From: the human T2T-CHM13v2.0 reference genome, Homo sapiens
Assembly (NCBI RefSeq): GCF_009914755.1
Contig: NC_060927.1
Reading direction: 5' to 3' (one strand)
Length of the DNA: 64,000 nucleotides
The first letter of the stretch is position 1. Each line of letters starts with the position of its first letter. A program made the translations under genes and the position numbers. Shown here piece by piece: positions 28,305 to 42,957 of the stretch. The notes below the pieces were generated by a model. The model did no database searches, was not told the origin of the DNA, and was given only the letters and a program-made list of their open reading frames with translations.

Positions 28305-29008
28305 TGCTCAACATTATTAATGATCAGAGAAACGCAAATCAAAATCATAATGAGATACCCTCTTATACCAGTCAGAAGGGCTATTATTAGAACATCAAAA
28401 AAACAACAGATGCTGTCGAGGCTGTAGGAAAAAAAATAAAAACACTTATACACTACTGGTGGGAATGTAAATTAGTTCAGCCACCGTGGAAAGCAATTCG
28501 TAGATTTCTCAAAGAACTCAGATCTACCATTGGATCCAGCAGTCTCTTTACTGGGTATATAAACAAAGGAGTATAAATCATTCTGTTAAAAACACACATG
28601 CACTCGTATGCCCATCCCAGCACTATTCACAATAGCAGAGACATGGAATCAACCTAGGTACCCATCAACGGTGGACTGGATTAAGAAAATGTGGTACATA
28701 TATACCAGGGAATACTACACAGCCATAAAAAAGAACAAAATCATGTGCTTTGTGGCAACATAGCTTCAGCTGGAGGTCATTGTCCTAAGCAAATTAATGC
28801 AGGAACAGAAAACCAAATACTTCATGCTCTCATTTGTAAGTGGGAGCTAAACATTGGGTATACGTGGCTATAAAGATGGCAACAGTAGACACTGAGGACT
28901 ACAAGAGGGAGAAGGGTAGGAGGGGTGCCAGAGTTGTAAAACTACCTGTGTGGCACTATGCTCAGCAACTGGATGACAGGATTATTGCTACACCAAACCT
29001 CAGTGACA
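28305..29008 (+). mobile_element. L1PA15-16/L1PB-type LINE-1 (ORF2 end + 3'UTR), no poly(A) visible
   Basis: GCAAATCAAAATCATAATGAGATACC..GGTGGGAATGTAAATTAGTTCAGCC..AAGAAAATGTGGTACATATATACC..GTGGGAGCTAAACATTGGG. Confidence 0.92.
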
Positions 29009-29119
29009 TTTTGATCAGTCATAATACATGTTACAAAGGAGCCAGTGGGAAGAAAATAGAAGATAGAATATAAAAATCAATTATGAGACACATAGGTATT
29101 TTTTCTGATATTACTTTTT

Positions 29120-29625
29120 AAGTTGCCTTTAAAGCATACAGTTCTATAAATTTTAATACATGTATAGATCCATGTAAACATCACCAGAATCAGACTACAG
29201 AGCAGTTTCATCAACTCAAAAGAAAAAAAAAAAACCTTTATGTTATTACTTTATCGTCAGAGTCTCCCCCAGCTGGTAAACCACTGATCTGTTCACCATC
29301 ACTATAGTCTTGTCCTTTTGAGACTTCCATCATATAAATGGAAGCATATAGTATGAAACTAGCTTTTTTGACTTGGCTTAATACCTTTGAGATTTATCAA
29401 AATTGTCATGTATATTAATACCTTATTTTTTATTATTGTCAAATAGTATTTTATTTTAAAGATACATCAGTTAGTTTATTCATTCTCCCAGAGAAGGACA
29501 TTTGGGCTGTTCCCAGTTTTTGGATATCACAAATGCAGCTATTAAAAGCACTCACGTTGAGAATTTTGTATGAACATAGATTTTCATTTTTTAGAGTAAA
29601 TGCCAAATAATGGGATTGCTTACCA
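29120..29625 (-). mobile_element. Old L1M (L1MC/L1ME-like) 3' fragment
   Basis: CCACTGATCTGTTC..CATATAAATGGAAGCATATAGTATG..GAAGGACATTTGGGCTGTTCCCAGTTTTTGG. Confidence 0.8.
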
Positions 29626-31562
29626 TGGCTTTTGAAGAAAAAAATATGCAGTAGGCGAAGATATTTTTGAATTGTCTATAATTATAAAATTGTCTCTGCT
29701 TTTCCTTTAGAAATGTATTTTAATTGATTTTTATTTTGTATTCAATAAGCAAAGTGAAGGATTGTAAAAGCAACATAGGCTGGAAAATTTAGGCACAACC
29801 ACAAACTACTAAAAGGCCACACATCTCTGACTATCCAAGATTGTTTGGAGTGAAAATTTGCCAAGTTCGTTAATGCAGGGAGACTAAATAGAAAGGAAGC
29901 AATGGTAATAATTGGTAAATAGTTCATATGCAAGAAAAATTAGGCCTGATATTTTCAGCCTGGAGGTAGAGTAGGAACTGACATAAACCCACTGAGGAAA
30001 GCTCCTCGGGTTTCTGTGGTAAGGAAACTTCAGGGGATGAATGGGGAAAAGGGTCACTATCCTTAATGATTTCAGGAAGTTAATTGATTTTTTTTAAGGG
30101 TCAGAAAGGGATACATCAATGACATTGGGTGAATTATATGTTTACTGAGGGTCTAGTTACTGTTCCTAATAATTTTCTTACATAAAATGAACTCAAGGTT
30201 AATTAAGAAACATAAACTTTCATGTTTTGCCAGAGCCCTACAAACTAATAAATTATTATGAGATATTTTTGTTTTCTGGCTTGACATTGAACCATGCAGT
30301 TCATCTATAAGTTAAACATTATAGCAGAACCTGGCTTTTGTAATAATATTATTTACAAACTTAAGCACATTATTTTTTTTCTACAATCCAACCTCAGATG
30401 ACCTTTTGTTTTGTTTTTTTTTTGTTTTCAGTGTTCTGAGTGCCAAAATATTAATAGATCTTACTAAAGATATCTAACAGTATCTTTACATCTAACAATT
30501 AGATATTTAACAATATTTAACAATGTATCTGTGGTTTTAAGCCACAAAACAATCAAAATAACCCTCCATGTGGTTTGTTTTCTTCTGTCATCATAAAACA
30601 AAGAGCTTATGCCAGGCATAGGACATTGACAGGGGACCACTTCCGTGGAATGACTTGAAGAACAAATCAAAGCTCACATACTCAAAAACATTTTTTTAAT
30701 TACCTTGCCACTTTTAATTTTGAGGACTTTTAGGTATTCCCTGAATTAAGACATGTTCAGTTAGCCCCTGCTAAAATACACAGAAACTTATTTGCACATC
30801 GTCTTGGAGGCCGTAGAAACTTGTTATTAAGAAGATGAGCTGTAAAGTCATGAGTTCAATGAATGTTGTATATTATTATTATCCTTATTATTGTACCAGC
30901 CAGCACCTATCTGGTGACAAAAAGCAGAGTGCAAAAGTGTTGGGGAGAAGAAACAATATTTCATCAAACTCTCTCCAACTGCTGTTTAAACTCTTTTGAA
31001 AGCTGATGCATTACAATGGCAGTCCTTAGTAATAATTACATAGATTTCATTACGTAGACTTTATTCCATCAATGGTTACTGGATTTATGTGTTATCTATT
31101 TTTTTTCAAGAATTATTCTTAATAGTAATCACAGCAAAAGGTGATATACATTTGCTACCAGAAATTAATTTTTATTATGAATCACCTTTTTTTCTGTACC
31201 CTGTGAACATTGTAGAGTTTATCTGAACATGACTGGCATCTACACATGCCTTTTAGTGACACAGATGTTTTTCTGGATCTTGCACTCACCCTGAATGTTT
31301 TTTTTTAGCCTTTATGGAGGGGAATTGGCTGACCATCCTTCAGTTGCACTGATACATCCAGTGATATGAGGTCAGAGTTTCCTGAAAAATTAGGTGCAAG
31401 AAAAGTAAGGTCCTAGATTGTGAAGGAGGCATTCCTGGGGCAGAATAAAGCTTTTTCCCATTGGAACTGAGAGAGGAGGCTGCTGACTTAATGTATTATT
31501 CCAGTGGGATATGCGTGTGCCAAAACAGTTTGTGTATCAGTGCAGCTCGGAAAAGCAGTCCA

Positions 31563-31574
31563 TTTCAGTTCCTC
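31563..31574 (-). promoter_or_regulatory. ETS-IRF composite element (EICE) motif
   Basis: TTTCAGTTCCTC is the reverse complement of GAGGAACTGAAA, fitting GGAAnnGAAA; lies in non-repeat DNA. Motif evidence only. Confidence 0.3.
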
Positions 31575-31671
31575 AGCTTTTTCTTCAGCGTCAGACAGAG
31601 CACCGAGGCTGAGATTACCTCTATAAACAAGGCTCACACCTCCTGGTGTTTCCGCCATTTATCACATTTTC

Positions 31672-32079
31672 TTTCCTTTTTTTCGTTTTTTAAATTTTTG
31701 TAGGTACATAGTAGACATATATACTTATGAGGTATGTGAGACGTCTTGATACAGGCATGCACTGTGAAATAAACATATCACAGAGAATGGGGTATCCATC
31801 CCTCAAGCATTTATCCTTTGAGTTACAAACAATCCAATTACACTGTTTATTTTAAAATGTACAATTAAGTTATTGATTGTAGTCACTCTGTTTTGGTATC
31901 AAGTAGTAGGTCTTATTCATTCTTTCTATTTTTTTTTTGTACCCATTAACCATCTTCACCCACCCTCCACTACCCTTCCCAGCCTCTGGTAATCATTCTA
32001 CTCTCTGTATTGATGAGTTCATTGCTTTGATTTTTAGGTCCCACAAATATGTGAGAACATGTGATGTTTGTCTGTCTGT
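31672..32079 (-). mobile_element. L1MA2-like 5'-truncated LINE-1 with perfect 18-bp TSD
   Basis: GATACAGGCATGC..GAGAATGGGGTATCCATCCCTCAAGCATTTATCCTTTGAGTTACAAACAATCC; TSD GCCATTTATCACATTTTC at 31654-31671 and 32080-32097. Confidence 0.93.
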
Positions 32080-32549
32080 GCCATTTATCACATTTTCAAT
32101 GTGTGGTTATCAAGCCACTTTCACAAATATGTTGTTTCATTGTTGCCACAGGCTTGCAGGTATGCCTGATGGATCTTGTGTTATAGATGGAGAAACTGAA
32201 GCTCAAAGTGGCAAAATAGCCCAACGTCACATGGCTAATATGAGGTAGACGCTGGATGTGAATCCATATTTTCCAACTAAGCTCCACTTCTCTTTTCACT
32301 ATTCCACATCTGCTGGTGCTGAGGTAGTAAGAAAAGGATGATAATACTGGCTGAAGCAGTTGGGCCTAGCAGGAACAAAAACGTGTTATTAAATCTGGAA
32401 ATGAGCTTGACTGTAAAGGGGGTAAACTATAGAGACAAATATTAAGGTATTAATACTTGTCTAAAATAATGTACAAAAAGACCTTCCCGAGGATGTTTTC
32501 AAGACTTAAATTCGCTTATTTGAAGTCTTTAAAAATTCCCACTAATATT

Positions 32550-33010
32550 TTTGGGTTTTTTGAGAATAACCAGCCTAACAAGTGTGAGGTGACAGCTCAT
32601 TGTAGTTTTGATTTGCCTTTTCCTGGTGACTAGTGATGATGAGAGCCTTTGCACGTACCTGGTGGCCACAGTGGGTATGAAGTTTCGGTAATACAGGACA
32701 AATACGTTCTAGAGATCTGCTGTACAATATAGTAGCTATTCTTAGTAACACGGTATTATGCACTTACAAATTTGCTAAGAGGATAAATCAGTCATTAGGT
32801 GTTCCTACCACAAAAACAAAAATAAAAATGAAAAAACCCAAAAAACACAAACGGACACAAGGAAACCTTTGGGGGTGATAGACATGTTTACCACCTTTAT
32901 TATGGTGATGGTATAACAGGTACATGCATATGTCCAAACTCATCAGATGGTACAAATTAAATATGTGCAGTGTTTTTGGTATATCAATTATGCCTCAATA
33001 AAATGAAAAT
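32550..33010 (+). mobile_element. L1MB/L1MA-type LINE-1 with inverted 5' segment
   Basis: ~32550-32667 is antisense ORF2 (GTGTGAGGTGA..CTCATTGTAGTTTTGATTTGC); ~32668-33010 is sense 3'UTR (GTTCTAGAGATCTGCTGTAC..CAATTATGCCTCAATAAA). Confidence 0.8.
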
Positions 33011-33769
33011 GAAAAATAATGAACATTGAAAAACAAAAATGAAAAAACCTCATCTCCTAGTAATTCCACTGTAAGCATTCATTTAGTTCCAGTTCTACAT
33101 CTTGAAATGGATTGTTTTCCTAACTTCTAATGTTCACTCTGTTAATGCTCATACGTGGTCTTCTGCCTCACACCCTCATGTATTTCATAATCTTGGAATT
33201 AACTGTGATGATTTTCTAAGCTCTCTCTACTTCTCTCCCTTCTAGCTCTCTGTATGGAATAGGCTGCTGTGTTTTTTGACTTAGCTAACTTCGGCCTGAT
33301 CATTAGGATGCCACTGTTCTAATCCTGTCCTGGCTTCCCCTGTATCTAAGCAGTGGCTTCTCATTCTAAGTTCCACAGCCCTCCTTCCATGTTTCTGTCT
33401 CAGCCCCACCAGCACTCTGCCCCTCACTTTTTCTTCTCTCCTCTGAGCACGTGAGCTGCATGATTGGAGGGATGAATCTGGTCATCTCTATACCTTCAGC
33501 TATCAGCATAGTACCTGTTACTCAGAAAGCATGTAAATGCTAAAGGAATGAATGAAGGAAGGAAGGAAGAAATGATTCATTTTTTCCAAAATTGGATCTT
33601 GGCCTCTGTTACTCAGTTAATTCACACTATTCAACAGTAGTTCTACCTACTGCTCTTCTAATCCCTTTCTTGCCTAGTTTCTTTTCTCCTCTGTTCTTTC
33701 GTTTCCTTCTAATCCCCTTCCCTTTAGCTCCCTCCCTGTTTGCCTTTTCTCTTTTTTCTTCTAGCCTTC

Positions 33770-34918
<1,149 letters not shown>

Positions 34919-36349
34919 CACCTCTAGCTTTTGCAGGTCATCATGGACCACTCTTTTGGGACTTCACAGCTCATCTGTTGGGTGGCTCTCAGGAGTTCCA
35001 GCAGATACCAGATGCATCCAGTGTTCTCCAAGAATGCTGCTCAATCACTAAGGGCATTATCTTTCTCAGAGTAATGCATTTGCTTTTCTACTGATGGTCC
35101 CATAGTGGCAGGTCTTAATGTTATCCTTGTGATTACTAACACTGCAAGTTGTGAGTATCAGTGCTTCTCAGCTCTAACTGAAGTAGCTACTTCGAACTAA
35201 GCTTACTGGTTATTGTTGTTTTCCCCCTATTAAAATTGTGTGATATTTCACATCATTGTTTTCTCTTATTTCACACCACAGCAATAGAAATTGAAGCCTT
35301 AAAATTTACTTGTCATTTGCAAATATTCAGAAGAACATGTACTCTGACTATGCCAGAATTTTCATAAGAAGTATAATTTCCAAATCATTTTTATTTTATA
35401 TTTTTGAATTTCAAACCATTATGAAAGTTGGCTATGTCTTCACTCCATATACACCAAAGGTAGGGTTATTTGTAGGCCACATAAGTAAATATTCTTAAGG
35501 CAATGTTTCTCAAAGGCTCAATTTGATTTGTGAGAAATTAATCGGTATTATTGTCAAAAAAATAAATAAATAAACCCTCCTATTTTCTATCACTTTTAAA
35601 TGCTTGGTCAAACAAAATCAGTTTTCTTTAGGGTAGGATTTCTTAAATCTTTCAGCATAAAAATGTGCCATCAAGCTCTTTAAATGGCCAATGGTGAGCA
35701 GGATATATCACATTTCTGAAAGCAACTATAAATTGACAACAGAACCTTTTTACACAAAGCATTTTACACAAAGAGATTTCCTTTAAAGGTATTTTGATGT
35801 TCAAATAGCAGTCTGGAAGGCCATTCTTTGGTTCAAAAGAAATTATGTACTTTTTTCCTTTCATATATTTTATGTATGTCAACACTTTAGCTAATGCTAT
35901 TAGGAAAACACAGATCAACAAAGAATAAAAGATCCATAAAATCTGCATTTTTTTAAAGGTTATCCTAAGCTTATAAATGAGAAAACTCAGAAGCATTAGG
36001 ACAGTGAATTCCTTAAGATGACATAGTTAGGGGATGGATCCAGTCTTCTATTTTGTATTCTGTATTTTTAACTTATATGTTTATGGCTATCATATATAAA
36101 TAGAAAACTTACTCTTATCTCAGACTTTCTTCCTTCACAAACTTTCTTTCTTTTTCCAAATTGTCAATCCTGATCATACAACTATGAACAACCATAATGA
36201 CAAATATATAAGACATCTGAATCTAGATTGAAAGAGTGTTGTAAAATAAACTGATAAACCTAAGAAGCCAAGACTAAATGGGAGTAATGGAAAAATACAA
36301 CCTTTAGGTCCAAAGAGCCGATAATTCACATGGCTTGCGCAGTGTTATT

Positions 36350-36510
36350 GGTTAGAGGGACGTAGTGTCTTCACTGATCACTCAGTATGAATCATCAGTG
36401 TAACTAACATCTGTGTGAAAAGAGCTAGTGTTATCTTGGGACCCATGAAGAGAAATATAATCTCCCGAGTGAAAGAGGCAGCAGCCTCTCTCTACTATGT
36501 GCTAATGGTT
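36350..36510 (+). mobile_element. CR1/L3 LINE fragment
   Basis: Translates as KRASVILGPMKRNIISRVKEAAASLYYVL, resembling the CR1 ORF2 C-terminal motif KKANAILGCINRSIVSRSREVIVPLYSAL. Confidence 0.7.
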
Positions 36511-37519
36511 CTTTTCCTGGATGTTGACAAAACATTCAGAAATGTGAACAGCTGTTGCTTCCCTTTATCTTCAGGGCTCCTCTTTCCTCAGTTGCTCTGA
36601 TTTTGTGACTTTCAAGAACACAGGATGCTAGCTGACTCTGCATTTTCTTTCTGAATTACCTATATCCCTCCCTTCCTTAAGGGCTGTGCCTAAGAGGGCT
36701 GCTCACTATTTATGCCAGCAGGGGCTCCCTGTGGATGTTAGAGACAGGCAGCCCTTCCCAATTTCCCCCTTTTATCTTGAATTACATGAAAATGGAATTC
36801 CAAATATGATAGCTATTTTTTCCCAAATCTTGGAAAGATGTTGGTCCCCCAGCCTTGTATTTTAGTCTGTTGCTTCCTTAACATTTGAAAATTCCATGAG
36901 AAGAAAAGAAAAACTTTAAAAGGAAGCAAATAAATCTAATGGCAGTATTTCATGGACTCTTAAGGGGAGTTAGAAAATGGTATTTTTTGAATTTCTCTAA
37001 GTCTGTTAATACTGGGTTGGGAGATGGGTGTTAGGAATCACATATAAATACAAAATAAACCTTTTTTGTTCATTTTTCTTCTCCTTAGCAAATCATCAGG
37101 CATCCAGGCTTTTTAGTTATTACTATCGACATGGCTCCATGGAGGGAGAGGGTTTCATGGACGGGGGCTGAGTTGGCTTGGGGTGAGATGTCTCTGACTG
37201 TGAATTTTTAACAAATGCTGGGTTTTCATTATCTGTCAAACCTGCTTTTTCATTTTTCTTTACATAGATCTATTCATTATCTTCACACTCTCCAATTAGT
37301 ACCTCATTCTCTTCATGATCTGCCATAAAATACAGGTTCTTTCTGCAGGATTTGCTTATTTCTCCCCAACATTCCTCCTTTCCTAGTGAGATGTGCTTTC
37401 TCTTTAGTTTTTAATGTTTGAAAAAGCTAATCAACTCCAAAGTCTTCATTAAATCTCTTTGAGAGACTGACTGGGATTCTTCCTTGGAGCTTTATGTTCC
37501 TGTGGCCCAGGACTGCTTA

Positions 37520-37729
<210 letters not shown>

Positions 37730-38228
37730 TTACCAACCTGCACCCTTAGTTTACTCCCATTGTGCATGAGATTACTTCTTCCCTGTCTGCTACTCTAGAT
37801 TTGAAATTCCACAAAAGCAGCCAATGTGTGAGTGCTGATAAAGAATGAATGAACCTATGAATGAGACTTTTACACCACGTAAACTTGCTCTTCCTCTTTA
37901 CTCCCAGATGAGTTGGGGGAACTTCTTTCCCCACCCTTTCCCACCGGACTGATTGCTTTCAGCAACCTTTGGACCTAATCCCTAGAGCTAAGGAGAAACG
38001 CTTGACTGCAAGCAAAAAAATGTGAACGTTGCAAGAACAAATTTAGTATTCGAAGCAAATGAGAACATAAGATTGTAGAGAGGGGATATGTAAGGTGAGG
38101 AGAGAAGACAAAAAATCACTGAAATACAGCTAAAGTTAAGAGTCAGTGAAGAAGAGGCACAAACAAGATTTGAGAAAGAAGAAGAAAAATGGGTCATACC
38201 CCACAAGCCAAGAGAATGGAGTTTTAAA

Positions 38229-38566
38229 TTTTTTTCCAACTTTATTGAGGAATAATTGACAAAAATTCTCTTGATTTAAGGTATAGAAAGTGCTGATTTG
38301 ATATAAATATATATTGTGAAATGATTACCACAACCAAACTAATTAACACATCCATTCTGTTAGTTACCATTTGTGCATGCACATGTGTGTGTGGTGAAAA
38401 CACTTTAAATCTATTCTCAGCAAATTTCAAGTATATAATACAGAATTATTAATTACAGTCACTATGCTGTACGTTAGATATCTAGAACATATTCCTCTTT
38501 TAACCAAAATTTTGTACCCTTTGACTAACATCTCCCTATTCCCTACCTCGCAGCTCCTTGCAACCA
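38229..38566 (-). mobile_element. L1MA9-like 3' end
   Basis: CTTTATTGAGG..TGTGAAATGATTACCACAA..CTCAGCAAATTTCAAGTATATAATACA..TTGTACCCTTTGAC. Confidence 0.88.
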
Positions 38567-39084
38567 GTTTGTTTTATGTTCAAAAAGGAAAAAAAAAAAA
38601 CTATCAATGCCATCTGCCACAGAGAAGTCACGTAAGGACAGAAAAAACTAATTTATACGTTAGTCACAGAAAGAAAGAAGAAAGGCAGAAGTGGAAAGAG
38701 AAAGAGAGGATGAGGTGTAGCCGTAGGCTGAGGGTGCTGTAATCTCAAAAGTAGGCTTTTGTCCAGGAAAATGACTCTTAGTATTCCTTTCTGGGCCTGT
38801 CTATTGTGCTACATGCTCTTTGACATGATTTACTACTATTCAATACACTCAATTCAACAAGTACTTATTGCATCTCTACATAAACCAGCCTGTGCTTTGA
38901 TTTTTAGGAGTCCTTAAAGATAAATATTTAACCTGAAATCACTTACAGTCAAGTAGAAGAGATAATATGCACATACGTTTAACTGCAGTGTAATGCAGAA
39001 TTGGACACAAATCACAAAAACAAGAACAAATTGCCTTTGTGAGCTGATAAGTGGGTAAGGCCACTCCTTCATATCAATAATGCT

Positions 39085-39567
39085 GCCTGCAGGGAACAGA
39101 ATCCAATTTAGATGATTCAGGAAACGTTAATAAAGGAACTATTTACAGAGCTGTGGATAGGTTCAAGGGCGATAACATGGAATGAAGTTGATGAGACTAG
39201 CAATTAAAGAAAGCTGTTAGCAACCTTGGGCTTACAGGGGCCAAAAGAGGAAATAGTGTGACTGAAACCCAGTAAGGGATAGAGACATGGAAAAGTGCTG
39301 CCCCACAGGAGCCATAACCATGAAGAAAAGCAGCCACTGCCAGAAAAAAATGGCTTAGAACAACAAGAGTTGGAGAAAGAGTTACTTCCAGCTCCTTCTC
39401 CTCCCACCCTCTGATGTCTTACTGCTAGGTCCCATTGGTCAAGCCAAATGTGAAGTCAGCTCATTTGAGAAGGTAGATAGCCCAGTCAATGAGACAATGC
39501 AGCACCCTGCGACACAGATCAGGGCAGAGAAAGATAGGAGAGAGACCTGAGGATAAGCAAATAGAGA
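39085..39567 (-). mobile_element. Old ERVL-type LTR (LTR33-like; family uncertain)
   Basis: TTAATAAAGGAACTATTTACAGAG..CTCCCACCCTC..CCCATTGGTCAAGCC..CAGGGCAGAGAA. Confidence 0.5.
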
Positions 39568-39569
39568 TT

Positions 39570-39935
39570 TCCGTTTTCATACTGTTAATAAAGACATAAC
39601 CAAGACCGGATAATTTATAAAGGAAAGAGGTTGAATTCACTCAGTTCAGCATGGCTGGGGAAGCCTCAGGAAACTTACAATCATGGCAGAAGCGAAAGCA
39701 AACATGTCTTTCTTCAGATGGCAGCAGGAAAGAAAACAAGAATGAGAACTGAGTGAAGGAGAAGCCCCTTATAAAAGCATCAGATCTCGTGAGAACTTAC
39801 TATCATGAGAATCCCATGGGGGAAACGGCCCTCATGATTCAATTACCTCACACCAGGTCCCTCCACAACATGTGGGAATTATGGGAACTACAATTCAAGA
39901 TGAGATTTGGGTGGGGACACAGCCAAACCATATTA
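39570..39935 (-). mobile_element. THE1 (C/D-type) solo LTR
   Basis: AATTTATAAAGGAAAGAGG..CTCAGGAAACTTACAATCATGGCAGAAG..GATGAGATTTGGGTGGGGACACAGCCAAACCATAT. Confidence 0.93.
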
Positions 39936-41814
39936 GACCCCTTCTTAGAGGTATCAAAAAGGAGCAGGTATGATACAAGCCTTCGAACAAATATAACATA
40001 CCATGTTATGGCATTCCCAGAGGTGTAGACAGACTGAGAAAAAGCAAAGAAGTGGAAACTCAAAGACAGTAATTCAGATTAGCTCAAATACATGGTGTGC
40101 GTCCAGTAAGTGGTCTTAAGAGAGTGTAGAAGAAAGCATTAGATGCCCAGTTGGGTGGCTTGTACTGTAGTTGGTGATTTAATGGTCTTAACTTGAAAAG
40201 AAAAGCATATTGAAACAACTAATCTGGCATCAGAAAAGACAGCCTGGAGGTGGTAGAGACTCTATTCAGAGAAGCCAGTTAGGAGCATATTGCAGCATTC
40301 AAGCTAAGCAACTATGTTGGTCTGAAAAGGATGTTGGCAATGGAAAGAAATAATGAAATTATGGTGTTCAAGCAAACAGGGCTTAACGATGGATTACATA
40401 TAGAAGGAGATGTAAAAATAAGGGCTTTAATTTATGTTCTTCCATGGCACACAGAAGGAAGTCAGCAGAAAATAGAACTGAGGGAAGAAGGGATGAATTC
40501 ATTTTCAGCTACTTGTGCTGGGAGGTGCAGGATTTGGGAATGGAGCACAGGCTGAAGTTGTACATTTGGGACTCAACTGCATAGAGATCATAGTTGCCTA
40601 AAAGAGATTAGAGTTGCCAAAAATAGAAAACGATAATTGATTTATTAGTGGAAATTTGGCAAATAACATCTTAGTAATGTGATCATATAAAGGGATCAGT
40701 TCAAGATATAGAAGAGGGATATTGAAGTAGGAGAAGAAAGGAAGAAAATATTGAGCCAATAGAGGCCATCGAAAGAGGCATTTTCAAGGTAAAATATTTC
40801 TAAAAAGAATCAGGACAGAGAAAGGTTGTTGGATTGTGCAATTATGTAAATTACTATTTCAGAGACTTTGATGGTGAAGGAGCAATGTGGGTAGAGATCT
40901 ACAGACCCTATGCAGGGAGGTGACATGGGAAGGAATGTGGTTTTGTTTCTCCGATAAAGGAAACCTGAGCATGTTAGCTGGGAGAGGGGAAACAATTCTC
41001 TTACTGTCATATTTTCTCCCTGTTTTCATGTTAATGAAACATAGTCTTAGTTGCCCTTAATAAACTGTAGTAACAATGTTCAAAGAGTCCACAGGAGGGA
41101 GACACTACTTTCTAAACTGACCCTATGAGTAGTTACATTGCCACAATATCTCAATGCTTAAGGTAGAAAGCTGAAGCTGGTTTTTGTTGTTGAATTTTTT
41201 TTAAAAGAACGTTGGTCAGATGTTTATTCTGGACATGGTGATTCCTTAAACTATTACAGCTTTTTTTTCTTAGAGACAATTTATTGCTTGCTGAACAGGT
41301 TTTATTTTTCCTTTGTGGACTTCAGCCAGTGATAGAAACAAAATCTTTTCCAATATCTTTTTAGTAATTGTACCACCTGACCATATAGTAGGTGCTTTAA
41401 AAATAATTGTTGTTGTTTTTCTGAAGTCTTTCATGGTGAACTTGTGCATTTGGATGATTCGGCCAAATTGGGTTTTGTATTTCTATGCGGAAAGGGAGAT
41501 TTTATTTATGGATGTACCACAGCTATTTCCAGTTCTTCACGGGCTACACTTTCACATCATAGGTTACACTTTACCATCCTGTAATTAGTCAGAATCACAT
41601 GACTGGCTTTGGCTAATAAAAAGTAAGTAGAAGAGATGCATTTCAGAGTTGGTACACCACTTTCCATGCACTCTTATTCATTGGTAAATGCTTGTTGGCA
41701 TCATAAAAGGATGGTGACTTATTCATCCCTGATCCCTAAGGAACATAATCTTTCTCAGCCAATCTATTTTTGTCACGAGACATGAGTGATAAATGCATTT
41801 TATTTGGATAAGTA

Positions 41815-42045
41815 ATAGTCACCAGACTTTTTCTGTAAAAGGCAGGATATTAAATATTTTCAGCTTTGTAGGCAACATGATCTCTATTCCAACTACTCAA
41901 GTTTGTCATTTTAGCTAGGGTAGCACAAATAATGGTCATAGACAAAAATTAAATTAATGGACATGTCTGTGTTGCAAGAATACTTTTCTTATAAAAGCAG
42001 ACGGCGGTCAGATTCAGCCCATGAGCCATAATGTACTGACACCTG
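41815..42045. mobile_element. MER58A hAT MITE nested in an old MLT1 LTR (~41530-42107)
   Basis: TTTTCTGTAAAAGGCAGGATATTAAATATTTTCAGCTTTG..CAACTACTCAA..GCCCATGAGCCAT..CTGACACCTG; the MLT1 end TTGTTACAGCAGTATAACCTAG resumes after it. Confidence 0.75.
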
Positions 42046-42632
42046 TTTTAAACCTCTGAGGTGTTGAGGTTGTTACAGCAGTATAACCTAGACTATACTG
42101 CCTAACTACTATTACACTTTACAAAGGAAATTTGTTAGAGTACTGAATGGATGCAATGGCAATTTTGTACTTTGCTATGAAAATATATGTTAAAATAGGA
42201 CCATGTGAAATTGATTTGGTTTTGGAGCTTTATTTAATCTAACTGAATCATATCAAGAATCAAAGAAATAATCACATAAAATTGAATTGGAACAGCTATT
42301 TTTAAAGCAGGCTGAACATTTAGAAATTTTCCCAAAATTGAACACAGAAAAAAAGAAAAGAAATTATTTTTGAAAGGCTATAGTGATCACCACAGAAGTA
42401 GTACCAAGAGAACACATATAAGCAAGGGACCATGGGAAGAAGTTTCCTGACTTCTTATCACTTAAACCCTAATTTTAATAGTAATTGAGTTCAAATTTTA
42501 ATTATAGAGGTTTAAAAAGATGTGAAAGGTAAGCTTCTGTACACTACTGATTTTCTATTTTTTGAGTTTAGTACTGTTGCATAGGTATGCTCACTTCATG
42601 AAAACGCATCCAGCCATACATATGCCTGATGA

Positions 42633-42957
<325 letters not shown>

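Noticed and set aside
28691-29073. ORFs in the L1 fragment
   Set aside because: Degenerate L1 ORF2-end/3'UTR sequence from a truncated, inactive element
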